The translations under genes were made by a program, and so were the position numbers. DNA of 32,000 nt from Mycolicibacterium smegmatis (GTDB lineage Bacteria; Actinomycetota; Actinomycetes; Mycobacteriales; Mycobacteriaceae): positions 5,400,001 through 5,432,000 of the forward strand of contig NZ_LN831039.1 of NCBI RefSeq assembly GCF_001457595.1, read 5' to 3'. The notes below the pieces were generated by a model. It saw only the letters and a program-made list of their open reading frames with translations. It was not told the origin of the DNA and did no database searches. Positions 9,740 to 18,743 of this stretch are shown one piece after another (position 1 is the first letter of the stretch; the number at the start of each line of letters is the position of its first letter).

Positions 9740-10118
9740 CGGCACCTCCGCCGGCATGGCTCACACCGGCACTAGATTCCAGGTTCATTCTGCGCCGGGA
9801 ACGGCGCGCTTGAAACGAGTCTAGCGACGAAAATCCGGGTACCCCGATGGCTTGACAGCGAATCCTGCGCGATCGTCGACGGTCTCTCAGAACTCACTTA
9901 AGAAATTCTTCGTTATCCATTCGTTATGTTTTCGGCGCAATACGTTAAATCCGCATTACCAGGGCGGATAACAACATAAGCAACGTTACTTGAAGAGATC
10001 AAGAACACACCCGCTGAGCCCGATTCTTACCCTTCGCGACAAAAGTGAGCGGTAAATCACACCCCGACACGCCAGCAAACTTTCAGCGCCGTCAGGGCCT
10101 GGTCTTCGGGAAACAATG

Positions 10119-10847
10119 TTACGCCTGTGAAAGATGGGTCGGACCATGACAGTTGTTCGCTGCCGTCGTGCCGGTGCACCAACCGCTGCGCGTCACCGGG
10201 CTGACCACCAGGCTGACCTCACACGAGCCGCCCTTCGCGTCGGGGCGCACCGACACAGTGAACCGCCCACCGACAGCGTCGGCATTCATGTCGATCACTT
10301 CCTGGATCAGTCCCTGCTGGACGCCGCGCACCACCTCGGGGGCGTCCACGGCCACCTCGGCCAGCGGACACGTGCAGATCCTGACGGTGGCCGTACCGAA
10401 CGACGTGAAAGTCGACCGGATCTGAAACCCCAGCTCCGTCAGCGTCCCGACGACCATGTCGACCACCGACTCCTCGTCGCGGCGGCGCGCCACCCGCACG
10501 CGGTGCGCGAGATCCGCCCCGACCCGCAGGGCCCGCTGTTCCCGTTCCTCGACCGTGCCGCCGAGGTGACGTGCGAACAGCGCCACGATGTCGGCGTAGT
10601 CGAGCCGCGGCGCGATCTCGTACGTCAGGCGCGGCCGGCCCACTCGCCCCTTGTCGCCGGGACCACCGCGTCGGATCACACCCTGCTCCTCCAGCGTCCC
10701 CAGGTGGAACCGTGCGGTGGTGACGTGGATCTGCAGGGCGTCGGCGATCTGCTGGGCGTCGACGGGACCGTCGGCGCGCCGCACGACCTCGAGTACGCGC
10801 TTGCGCTGCCGGCCCGCCGAGCGGTCTGATGGTGGCGCAGAGGTCAT
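10119..10847 (-). CDS. HTH (ArsR/SufR-like) transcriptional regulator
   Basis: RQRKRVLEVVRRADGPVDAQQIADALQIHVTTARFHLGTLEEQGVIRR winged HTH. Start re-assigned to the ATG overlapping the upstream methyltransferase stop (4 bp). Confidence 0.82.
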   Translation of the reverse strand: MTSAPPSDRSAGRQRKRVLEVVRRADGPVDAQQIADALQIHVTTARFHLGTLEEQGVIRRGGPGDKGRVGRPRLTYEIAPRLDYADIVALFARHLGGTVEEREQRALRVGADLAHRVRVARRRDEESVVDMVVGTLTELGFQIRSTFTSFGTATVRICTCPLAEVAVDAPEVVRGVQQGLIQEVIDMNADAVGGRFTVSVRPDAKGGSCEVSLVVSPVTRSGWCTGTTAANNCHGPTHLSQA

Positions 10848-11653
10848 TTCGATTCCGTGGGCACCACCGCGACGATCGCCACCGCGGTCAGCTCGTCGCG
10901 GTAGCGGTTGAAGGTGCGGCGCATGCCGAGCACGCGCTTGCGGGCCGCGGGGTGCGTGAGCGCGTTGAACACGATCCGCAGCGCACCGAGGAATCCCTCG
11001 TCGGCGACGACGCGCTTGGGCTGCAGCAGGGCCATCGGTGCCAGGTCGACGCTTCTGACCTCGAAGCCGGCGCTCGTGAGCAGGTCGGTCCACTCCGCGA
11101 CGGTCAGCGGCCGGGCGTTGACCTTGATCGCGCGCGCCATCTCCTTGCGGATGTCGTCCTTGATGCCGTCGGAAAGGTCGTCGGGCATCAGGCCGAGTTC
11201 GTGGATCGCGTAGCGGCCGCCGGGGCGCAGCACCCGAAAGGCCTCGTCGACAATCGCTTTCTTGGCCTTCTCGCCCTGCATGGTCAGCATGGCCTCACCC
11301 ACCACGACGTCGGCGGAACCGGTGTCCAACCCGGTTTCGGCGGCGTCGGCGGCCACGAGCCTGCCCCCGCTGGTCGCCACGGCACTCTGCAGCAGGGCCG
11401 AGGTGGTGGAGTTGTCGTCGACACCGACGTAGGACCGCGGTTCGGCGGCCGCGATGTCGACGGCCGTGCGGCCCAGACCGGGTCCGAGTTCGACGACGTC
11501 GGACCCGGTGATGCCGGCGGCGCTCAGCAGTCGCGTCGTCAACTCCACCCCGCCGGGACGCAACACCCGCTTGCCCAACCGTGCGAGCAACCAGTGCCCG
11601 GGCAGGTCGGCATCGGGTCGCTGCGCCAGCGGCAGATCGCTCTTGCTCGTCAT
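10844..11653 (-). CDS. SAM-dependent class I methyltransferase
   Basis: VVELGPGLGRTAVDIAAAEPRSYVGVDDN motif I and FRVLRPGGRYAIHELGL. ATG start at 11653. Confidence 0.87.
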   Translation of the reverse strand: MTSKSDLPLAQRPDADLPGHWLLARLGKRVLRPGGVELTTRLLSAAGITGSDVVELGPGLGRTAVDIAAAEPRSYVGVDDNSTTSALLQSAVATSGGRLVAADAAETGLDTGSADVVVGEAMLTMQGEKAKKAIVDEAFRVLRPGGRYAIHELGLMPDDLSDGIKDDIRKEMARAIKVNARPLTVAEWTDLLTSAGFEVRSVDLAPMALLQPKRVVADEGFLGALRIVFNALTHPAARKRVLGMRRTFNRYRDELTAVAIVAVVPTESK

Positions 11654-12429
11654 TTCTCGGCTCCTCTTCTGAATCCCATACTGCACAACAAGACAAGGCC
11701 GAACACACCGCACACATAGACCAGCGCGGCGTCACGTCCCCACGGCGGTTCCAGGACGATGTCCTGGCCGGTGGCGTAGATGCCGTTGAGGAACGGCATG
11801 AACCGCTGCAGCGAGTAACCGCTGGGCAGGTATCCGACCGCGATCTCGACGACGTACACCCAGAACAACAGCAGGCCCACGGCCGCGGCGGGCGTGCGCA
11901 CGGCGACGCCCACGCCGACACCGAGTCCCGCGGCGAAGAACGCGTACACCGGAACCGTCCACATCAGTCGCAGACCGACCGGATCGATCACCAACACCTG
12001 CCCGTACACCAGCGGCGCGACGCGGGGCAGCGCCGTCAGCACGAGCGCCACCAGCACCAGCGACAGCACCGCGCCCAGCAGGCCGTAGAACACCCACTTA
12101 CCGGCCAGCACCGACGGCCGGCGGGGCAGCGCCAACCACACGTATTCGGTTGCCCGGAGGCGTGATTCACTTGCCTGCCCGTAGGCCGCCGCGACGGCGA
12201 CGAGGACGACGGTGACGTTGATGACCCAGTACGCGGCGTTGGTGGTGGGCACCTGCTGGACGTACTGCTGGCCGGGGATGCGCGCGAACCGCTCGGCGAC
12301 ACAGGCGATGAGAATCGTGATCGCGACGGGGATGAGCGCGGCGGCCGGTAGGAGCACCAGCCACAGCGGCCCGCGCCCGCCGGTCCGCACCATCTCCGCG
12401 CGCAGGCTTCGCGTCAGCACGCCGTTCAC
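11650..12429 (-). CDS. ABC-2 type transporter permease
   Basis: About six hydrophobic segments (PLWLVLLPAAALIPVAITILIACV, KWVFYGLLGAVLSLVLVALVL, VGLLLFWVYVVEIAVGY, ALVYVCGVFGLVLLCSMGF). Overlaps the ATPase gene by 4 bp. Confidence 0.82.
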   Translation of the reverse strand: MNGVLTRSLRAEMVRTGGRGPLWLVLLPAAALIPVAITILIACVAERFARIPGQQYVQQVPTTNAAYWVINVTVVLVAVAAAYGQASESRLRATEYVWLALPRRPSVLAGKWVFYGLLGAVLSLVLVALVLTALPRVAPLVYGQVLVIDPVGLRLMWTVPVYAFFAAGLGVGVGVAVRTPAAAVGLLLFWVYVVEIAVGYLPSGYSLQRFMPFLNGIYATGQDIVLEPPWGRDAALVYVCGVFGLVLLCSMGFRRGAEK

Positions 12430-13133
12430 GCGTCAACCGTTTCCAACAACAGGCTCTCCAGATGGTCACGCGGATCTGCGCCCGCGGGTGTCACGTCGGC
12501 GAGCGCGCCTGCCACCTTCACCTTGCCGCGTTGCAGCACCAGAAGACGGTCGGCGGTCAGCACCACCTCGCCGAGCAGGTGGCTCGCGACCACCACCGTG
12601 CAACCACGTCCGGCCAACCGGTGCAACAGTTCCCGCAACCACACGATGCCGGGCACGTCGAGACCGTTGACCGGTTCGTCGAACACCAGCACCTGCGGGT
12701 CGCCCAGCAGTGCACTGGCGATCGCCAGGCGCTGGCGCGCACCCATCGACAGATTCGCGATCCTCCTGTGCCGCAACTCGTCCAAGCCCACCTCGGCCAG
12801 GACCGCGTCGACGCGCCCGCCGTCGATGCCACCGAGCGCCGCGAGCCATCGCAGGTGCCGTTCGGCGGTGTGTCGCGGGTCCATCGCGTCGGGATCGAAA
12901 TGCACGCCGAGTGTGCGCATCGGGTCGGCATGGTCGCGGATCGGCCTGCCGCACAACGTCACATCGCCACTGTCGGGATGGTCGAGTCCGGCGATGAGGC
13001 GCAACAGCGTGGTCTTGCCCGCGCCGTTGAGACCGAGCAGACCCGTCACTGTCCCCGCCGGGAACGATACCGTGACGTCGTCGACTGCGACGGTGGCGCC
13101 GAACCGCTTGACGAGGCGGGTGATCTCGATCAT
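12426..13133 (-). CDS. ABC transporter ATP-binding protein (CcmA/BcrA-like)
   Basis: Walker A GLNGAGKTTLL, signature NLSMGARQRLAIASALLGDPQVLVFDEPVNGLD. Start at MIEITRLVKRF (13133). Confidence 0.92.
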   Translation of the reverse strand: MIEITRLVKRFGATVAVDDVTVSFPAGTVTGLLGLNGAGKTTLLRLIAGLDHPDSGDVTLCGRPIRDHADPMRTLGVHFDPDAMDPRHTAERHLRWLAALGGIDGGRVDAVLAEVGLDELRHRRIANLSMGARQRLAIASALLGDPQVLVFDEPVNGLDVPGIVWLRELLHRLAGRGCTVVVASHLLGEVVLTADRLLVLQRGKVKVAGALADVTPAGADPRDHLESLLLETVDA

Positions 13134-13582
13134 TGGAAGTTGCAGGGAATGGGCAGCCCCAGTGCCGAGATCCCGTTGCACATCGACTTGCTGGCCAACT
13201 TCCACCGGCCGTCGATGAACCGCCACTCGGCGGGCACCACGATCGTCGGAGAACCCTGCCGGTGGCCGTTGATCACGGCCGTGTGGCGGCCTTCTTCGTG
13301 CGTCTCGGGACCGGTCACCTCGACGTATCCGCGCGGGGCGCGCAACACCCCGAGGCGGTAGACCATCTTGGGCACGATCAGCGCGCGCGATCCGCCTTCG
13401 AGCTGGGCGGCCTTGACGTGGTCGGGTGCTTGCGTCGCGACCAGTAGCTGAAGCTGCGAAGTGAGCTCCTCGAGCGTCGGGACTTCATCGGTGATGGCGA
13501 AGTCCTGGGCCTGCGCCGGGGGCGCCGCGGCGCCAGCGACCGCCATCAATACGCCCACGACCAGCGAGAACAGACGCTCCAT
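13130..13582 (-). CDS. Secreted low-molecular-weight antigen MTB12-like protein
   Basis: Signal peptide MERLFSLVVGVLMAVAGAAAPPAQAQ, then a VPTLEELTSQLQLL...AEWRFIDGRWKLASKSMCNGIS domain resembling the MTB12/CFP-2 fold. RBS GGGAGG precedes GTG 13585/ATG 13582. Confidence 0.65.
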   Translation of the reverse strand: MERLFSLVVGVLMAVAGAAAPPAQAQDFAITDEVPTLEELTSQLQLLVATQAPDHVKAAQLEGGSRALIVPKMVYRLGVLRAPRGYVEVTGPETHEEGRHTAVINGHRQGSPTIVVPAEWRFIDGRWKLASKSMCNGISALGLPIPCNFQ

Positions 13583-13620
13583 CACGCGCCTCCCTAATTA
13601 AGAGGAAAAGTATTCGGCTA

Positions 13621-13649
13621 ACTGTAGAAGTTTGGGTAGCCTAACGCAA
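13621..13649 (-). promoter_or_regulatory. Putative promoter (TTGCGT-N17-TACAGT) overlapped by an IdeR/iron-box-like palindrome
   Basis: Minus strand TTGCGTTAGGCTACCCAAA (13649-13631) matches consensus TTAGGTTAGGCTAACCTAA at 15 of 19 positions and covers the -35 and part of the spacer. Confidence 0.6.
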
Positions 13650-13665
13650 CCTCTCGTCTCAGTTT

Positions 13666-13726
13666 GCCGAGCGTGCGGTTTCATACGCAACACGCCGCCC
13701 AACGCGGATCAGAACGCACGCTCGGC
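13666..13726 (+). repeat. Palindromic repeat element, copy 1
   Basis: GCCGAGCGTGCG...CGCACGCTCGGC, 12-bp perfect terminal arms. GCCGAGCGTGCGGTTTCATACGCAACACGCCGC is nearly identical, in inverted orientation, to the copy at 14696-14754. Confidence 0.8.
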
Positions 13727-14602
13727 GCGGCCGGGCCCCATCCGGCAACCCCGGGCGAGCAACGCCGCACGCACACGATCGACAACAACCTGCCGCCGCC
13801 CGTGCAGCAGGCCCGCGCTCACGCGGATGACAGTCCACCCGAGGGCTTCGAGCATCGCCTGCCGGTCGATGTCCCAGCTGCGCTGCTCGCTGTCCGTCCA
13901 GTGCTGCGCGCCGTCGAACTCCACCGCCACCCGGTACTCGGGCCATCCCATGTCGAGCCGCGCGAACACCGTCCCCGACGCGTCGGCCACCTCGATCTGC
14001 GTCTCGGGTTCGGGGAAGCCATTGGTCACCAGCATGATTCGCGTCGAAGACTCATATGGTGACTCCGCACCGCCGTCGACGTATTCCAGGATGAGCCGCA
14101 ACCGCCGCACTCCGCGGGCACCTCGATATCCCTCGGCGAGCGCCAGTACCTCCTCGACCTTCACGTGCGTGGCGTTCATGAGCGCGTCGATGCGCTGCAC
14201 GCCGTCGACGAACGGCAGCCGCCGGCCCAGATCGAACGCCGTACGCGCAGGCGTGGTGACCACCATCCCGTCGATCACCTGGGTCTCGCCGTCCGACAAC
14301 GTGTCCGAATGCACCGTCAGCAGGCGGGGCGGCCGACGATTGGTGTGGATCAACTCTGCCGGATCGCGCTGGTCGATCCACTTGCTGCCCAGCATCGCCG
14401 ACGCGGAGAGCCCGGCTGGCACACCGGCCCGCCCTGACCACAGCCACGCCGCACGGGCACGTTGCACCGGTGAGAGTTCCGCCTCGCGCGGCACCCACAC
14501 CCCCGGGTAGACCGCGGTGTGGAATCGCCGCAGTTCGCGGAACGTCAGCGCCCCTGCTTCGAGTGCCTCCACGGCGCGAAACGGCCAGTCGATTGTCTGC
14601 AT
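13709..14602 (-). CDS. DUF559-type (Vsr/PD-(D/E)XK-like endonuclease) hypothetical protein
   Basis: C-terminal RLDMGWPEYRVAVEFDGAQHWTDSEQRSWDIDRQAMLEALGWTVIRVSAGLL is a DUF559/Vsr-like signature. Start likely MQTIDWPF (14602). Confidence 0.82.
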   Translation of the reverse strand: MQTIDWPFRAVEALEAGALTFRELRRFHTAVYPGVWVPREAELSPVQRARAAWLWSGRAGVPAGLSASAMLGSKWIDQRDPAELIHTNRRPPRLLTVHSDTLSDGETQVIDGMVVTTPARTAFDLGRRLPFVDGVQRIDALMNATHVKVEEVLALAEGYRGARGVRRLRLILEYVDGGAESPYESSTRIMLVTNGFPEPETQIEVADASGTVFARLDMGWPEYRVAVEFDGAQHWTDSEQRSWDIDRQAMLEALGWTVIRVSAGLLHGRRQVVVDRVRAALLARGCRMGPGRAERAF

Positions 14603-14695
14603 GCCCGGACGGTCACAGCCCACCCCGACATCCGGAGAGTGCCAGAGGCGCCTCCAGCGGGGTTATCCACAGCCCCCTCGCCGTCCACAGGGTGT

Positions 14696-14754
14696 CGAGC
14701 GTGCGACCTCATACGCCATCCGCGGCGTGTCGCGTATGAAACCGCACGCTCGGC
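14696..14754 (-). repeat. Palindromic repeat element, copy 2 (inverted relative to copy 1)
   Basis: CGAGCGTGCGacctCATACGC...GCGTATGaaacCGCACGCTCG. Reverse complement begins GCCGAGCGTGCGGTTTCATACGCGACACGCCGC. Confidence 0.8.
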
Positions 14755-14759
14755 GAAAA

Positions 14760-15587
14760 TCAGAGATCCAGCGCAGCGGCGGTTGCGGGGCCGACGATGC
14801 CGTCGACCTTGAGTCCGGGCGTACGACGCTGGAAGTCGCGGACCGCGGCCTCGGTGAGCGGGCCGAAGATCCCGTCGACGACCAGGTCCGCCCCGAGAGC
14901 GTTGAGGCGACGCTGCAACTCGGCGACCTCGGCACCTTCCATGGGCCGGTAGAGCAGCACGTCGATGTACTCCCCCACCGGGACTCGCGGCCGGGGCGTG
15001 GGCGCGGGTGCCTCCAGAACGCCGATCTGGTTCTGGATGTCGGCACGCAGGATGTCCATGTTGATGGCCCCGGGATCCCACTTACCCTGTGCGCGACCGG
15101 CGTACTCCTTGTGGCCGATCGTGCGCGCCGAGGTCTGCGCGAGCCTGCGGTTGATCGCCGCGCAGCAGCGCACCATCGCGAAATACTGTGCGTCGGGCCA
15201 GTTCTGGCGGTGCGGCGCGGTGGGACTGGTACCGGTGTTCGCGCACTCGATGCCGATCAGGTGCCAGTTGCCCATGTTGGCCGGGATCCACGGGTACATC
15301 CCCACCCCGGCATGCCACGCGACACCCACCGCGACGATCGTGACGGTGCCGTCGCGCGCGATGTGCAGCTGCGACAGCGGACCGGGCAGGTCGGGCCTGC
15401 CGTTGGCGATCGAGGCCGCGGTCGCCGTGTCGGATCCCGTGTGGTGCACCATGACACCACGGATGTCCTTGAAGTCACCGTGTCCACGGGTACGCCAGCC
15501 GGGATACTCGACGAGGTTGACGCCCTCGGCGCGCAGCACGTCCGCGAGCCACACCGGATCGCCGGTCCACGGTCCCGTCTGCGGCAA
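14760..15587 (-). CDS. N-acetylmuramoyl-L-alanine amidase (PGRP/Amidase_2-like) with peptidoglycan-binding domain
   Basis: GVMVHHTGSDTATAASI, GVAWHAGVGMYPWIPANMGNWHLIGIECAN and TIGHKEYA...KWDPG, plus PG_binding_1 (DVLLYRPMEGAEVAELQRRLNALG...VDGIFGPLTEAAVRDFQ). Start approximate; the upstream ORF extension looks spurious. Confidence 0.83.
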   Translation of the reverse strand: MPQTGPWTGDPVWLADVLRAEGVNLVEYPGWRTRGHGDFKDIRGVMVHHTGSDTATAASIANGRPDLPGPLSQLHIARDGTVTIVAVGVAWHAGVGMYPWIPANMGNWHLIGIECANTGTSPTAPHRQNWPDAQYFAMVRCCAAINRRLAQTSARTIGHKEYAGRAQGKWDPGAINMDILRADIQNQIGVLEAPAPTPRPRVPVGEYIDVLLYRPMEGAEVAELQRRLNALGADLVVDGIFGPLTEAAVRDFQRRTPGLKVDGIVGPATAAALDL

Positions 15588-15685
15588 CGGCAGCCCCCTC
15601 CCCTGCAAAGCCGGTTCACGACCGAGGCTACGCGGGCCGGTGCACTTTCCGCACCGGACGGCCACGGATGTGCGAGCATCTGCGC

Positions 15686-16414
15686 ATGGACCCGCAGGAC
15701 GACCCCGAGGCCCGCATCCGCGACCTCGAACGTTCGCTGGCAGAGCGCGCGAAGGAACTCGGCACCGGAGCCGACGAGGGGCACGCCCCACCGGCCCCGC
15801 CACCGCCGCCACCCACTCAGCCGTGGACCCAGACCTTCGGCACCGCGTATCCGCCGCCGCCACCGGGGCCGCCTGCTCCGTGGCCCGGGTACGCCGAGGA
15901 CTTCCCCGCGCCACCGCGCCAACACGTTCCGGTGGCGCACACCGGACGCATCCTGATGATCCTCGTGGCGGTGGCGGTCTTCCTGATCACCACGGGCATC
16001 GCGGCTTTCCTGATGTTCACCAACACGGTCACCAGCAGCCTGCAGCCCGTCGCGGACAATCCCGCCGGGCGCCCGGCCCTCCCGTACTCACCGCCGTCCA
16101 ACCCGGTCTTCCCCGCGATCGAGACCCCGTCGGTCGCGGGACCTGGCGAGGTGATCAACGTCGCGGGTGCGAGCAACGACCGCGAGGTCACGTGTGACGG
16201 CGGCACGGTGATGGTCAGCGGCGTCGAGAACACCATCACCATCACCGGACACTGTGCGGCCGTCACGATCTCGGGGATCCGCAACGTCATCGAGGTCGAC
16301 GAGGCCGACACCATCGGCGTCTCCGGATTCGAGAATCGCGTGACGTATTCGTCCGGTGAACCCGAGATCACGAAGTCCGGTATGGACAACACGGTCGAGA
16401 GACGCGCGCCTTAA
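15686..16414 (+). CDS. Single-pass membrane protein with Pro-rich N-terminus and DUF3060-like C-terminus
   Basis: [25 protein letters not shown] segment, then [54 protein letters not shown] repeats. Confidence 0.7.
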   Translation: MDPQDDPEARIRDLERSLAERAKELGTGADEGHAPPAPPPPPPTQPWTQTFGTAYPPPPPGPPAPWPGYAEDFPAPPRQHVPVAHTGRILMILVAVAVFLITTGIAAFLMFTNTVTSSLQPVADNPAGRPALPYSPPSNPVFPAIETPSVAGPGEVINVAGASNDREVTCDGGTVMVSGVENTITITGHCAAVTISGIRNVIEVDEADTIGVSGFENRVTYSSGEPEITKSGMDNTVERRAP

Positions 16415-17184
16415 AGAACTTTCGACAGGAAGTCCTGCAGCCGCGGATGTTTGGGGTTGTCGAAGATCTCCGCGGGGGTGTCGTCCTCGACGATGTTGCC
16501 GTCGGCCATGAACATCACGCGCGAGGCGACCTCGCGTGCGAAGCCCATCTCGTGTGTGACGACCACCATCGTCATGCCGCCCTCGGCCAGATCGCGCAGC
16601 ACTTCGAGGACGTCGCCGACCATCTCGGGGTCCAGCGCGCTGGTGGCCTCGTCGAACAGCATGATCGACGGGTTCATGGCCAGCGCCCGCGCGATCGCCA
16701 CACGTTGCTTCTGCCCACCTGACAGCGTGGCCGGTTTGACGTGAGCCTTCTCGGCCAGCCCGACCTGCCCGAGCAGTTCCATCGCGCGTTTCTCGGCCGC
16801 GGGCTTGTCCATCTTCTTGGTGAGCAGGGGTGCCAGCGTGATGTTGTCGATCACCGTCATGTGCGGGAACAGGTTGAAGTGCTGGAACACCATCCCGATG
16901 CGCTGACGGACCTTGTCCAGGTCGACCTTGCGGTCGGTGAGGTCGAACTCGTCGACCACCACCTTGCCGTCGGTGATGTCCTCCAGCTTGTTGAGGCACC
17001 GCAGGAACGTCGATTTCCCCGATCCGGACGGTCCGATGACGCACACCACCTCGCCCTTCTTCACGGTGGTGGTGATGCCGTCGAGCACGACGAGGTCACC
17101 GAAGGCCTTCTTGAGGTTCTCGATGCGGATCTTGACCGTGCCCTCGGGCTCGGCGGCCGCGGATTCCGGTACGAGCTGGGTCAT
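16411..17184 (-). CDS. glnQ: Polar amino-acid (glutamine-type) ABC transporter ATP-binding protein
   Basis: [85 protein letters not shown]. Confidence 0.93.
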   Translation of the reverse strand: MTQLVPESAAAEPEGTVKIRIENLKKAFGDLVVLDGITTTVKKGEVVCVIGPSGSGKSTFLRCLNKLEDITDGKVVVDEFDLTDRKVDLDKVRQRIGMVFQHFNLFPHMTVIDNITLAPLLTKKMDKPAAEKRAMELLGQVGLAEKAHVKPATLSGGQKQRVAIARALAMNPSIMLFDEATSALDPEMVGDVLEVLRDLAEGGMTMVVVTHEMGFAREVASRVMFMADGNIVEDDTPAEIFDNPKHPRLQDFLSKVL

Positions 17185-18695
17185 TTCACGAGCCTCTTTT
17201 CAACTCGGTCCGACAGCTTGGTGAGCGCCATGATGACGACGAAGTAGATGATGCCGATGATCAGCCACATGGTGAACGACTGGAAGTTGCGGGCGATGAT
17301 GATGCGCCCGGTCTGGGTGAGCTCCGCGATGCCGATCACCGACAGGATCGAGGTGTCCTTCAACGTGATGACGAACTGGTTGATGTAGGACGGGATCATC
17401 GTCCGGATGGCTTGGGGCAGGATCACTTTTCGCATCGTGGGCAGGTACCCGATGCCGAGGCTGCGCGCGGCCTCCATCTGGCCCTTGTCCACCGATTGGA
17501 TGCCGCCACGCACGATCTCGGTCATGTAGGCGCCCGCGTTGAGCGACAGCGTGATGATGCCCGCCGTGAGCGCCGACATCTGGAATCCGAGCGCCGACGG
17601 GATGCCGAAGTAGATGAAGAACGCCTGCACCAGAAGTGGTGTGCCGCGGAAGATGTCGACGTAGGTGGTGCCGATCGCGCGCAACACGACCGACCGCGAC
17701 ACCCGCAGCAGGCCGAAGATGACGCCGAGCACCAGGGCGATGGCGATCGAGACCACCGTGAGGATCAGCGTCATCCGCAGGCCGATCATGAGGATGGGGA
17801 ACGTGCTCTTGAGCAGGCCGAGGAATGAGTTGTCGTTGTCGACGGCCTCCTCGCCGAGGTAGGTGGAGATGATCTCGTCGTAGCGCCCGGATTCCTTGAG
17901 TTGCGCCAGTCCGGCGTTGAATTTCTGCAGCAGTTCGGCATTCTGGCCCTTGTTGACCGCGAAGCCGTAGTTGGCGCCCTTCTCCTTGGGCGTGACGGTC
18001 TTGAAGCCGTTGCCTTGCGCGATGCCGTACTGCAGCACCGGGTAGTCCTCGAACACCGCCTGCGAGTTGCCGGTGCGCACCTCGTCGAACATCGATGCGG
18101 AATCGGCGAAATAGACGGTGGTGAACCCGTATTTGTCCTTGATGGACTCGGCGAACTCGGCGCCTTCTGTGCCGTTCTTGACCGCGACGCGCTTGCCACG
18201 CAGGTCCTCGTAGCTCTTGATGTCGTCGTCGGATGCCAGCACGGCCATCTGGACGCCCGATTCGAAGTACGGGTCGGAGAAGTCGAACACCTTCTTGCGC
18301 TCGTCGGTGATCGACATGCCCGCGATGACGCCATCGGCCTGATTGGCCTGTACGGCCTGCAGAGCGGCGTCGAAGCCGAGCGGTTTGATGGTGACGGTGA
18401 AGTTCTGGTCGGCCGCGATCTCGTTGATGAGATCGATGTCGATGCCGACGAATTTCCCGGAGGCGTCCTGGAATTCGAAAGGCGCGAACGTGATGTCGGT
18501 TGCGACGACGTACGTCTCGCCCTCGGCCGACGCGGTCGCAGGCGCCACCATCGGGATCAGACCCACCAGCGCGGCGACCGCGAGCATGAGCAGGCGGAAC
18601 GGATTTCGCGGTCCCGACCTTCGGCTGTGAACGTGCTGTGACCGTCTGGCGCGCATGTTCGGACCCCCTTTTGGCGGCGACACGGGACTTTTCAC
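17181..18695 (-). CDS. Fused periplasmic amino-acid binding protein and ABC permease
   Basis: SBP_bac_3 domain ([33 protein letters not shown]) followed in frame by a HisM/GlnP permease ([23 protein letters not shown]...[29 protein letters not shown]). 4-bp overlap with glnQ; true start may be the internal MRARRSQ. Confidence 0.9.
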   Translation of the reverse strand: MKSPVSPPKGGPNMRARRSQHVHSRRSGPRNPFRLLMLAVAALVGLIPMVAPATASAEGETYVVATDITFAPFEFQDASGKFVGIDIDLINEIAADQNFTVTIKPLGFDAALQAVQANQADGVIAGMSITDERKKVFDFSDPYFESGVQMAVLASDDDIKSYEDLRGKRVAVKNGTEGAEFAESIKDKYGFTTVYFADSASMFDEVRTGNSQAVFEDYPVLQYGIAQGNGFKTVTPKEKGANYGFAVNKGQNAELLQKFNAGLAQLKESGRYDEIISTYLGEEAVDNDNSFLGLLKSTFPILMIGLRMTLILTVVSIAIALVLGVIFGLLRVSRSVVLRAIGTTYVDIFRGTPLLVQAFFIYFGIPSALGFQMSALTAGIITLSLNAGAYMTEIVRGGIQSVDKGQMEAARSLGIGYLPTMRKVILPQAIRTMIPSYINQFVITLKDTSILSVIGIAELTQTGRIIIARNFQSFTMWLIIGIIYFVVIMALTKLSDRVEKRLVK

Positions 18696-18743
18696 CGTAT
18701 CGCTACCGCGGGAGCGCCCGGGGAGTTTTGGCGGCGCGCCGCG

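Noticed and set aside
9964-9976. GGCGGATAACAAC resembles half of the E. coli lac operator
   Set aside because: Chance partial similarity, no symmetric half and no LacI-family gene nearby.
10119-11093. 324-aa version of the HTH regulator
   Set aside because: N-terminal 82 aa are the out-of-frame shadow of the methyltransferase gene; ATG at 10847 overlaps the methyltransferase stop.
15786-15880. Proline-codon repeats (ccaccgccgcc, cgccgccgccaccggggccgcc) as a tandem repeat element
   Set aside because: They encode the Pro-rich N-terminal region of the 15686..16414 membrane protein; ordinary low complexity.
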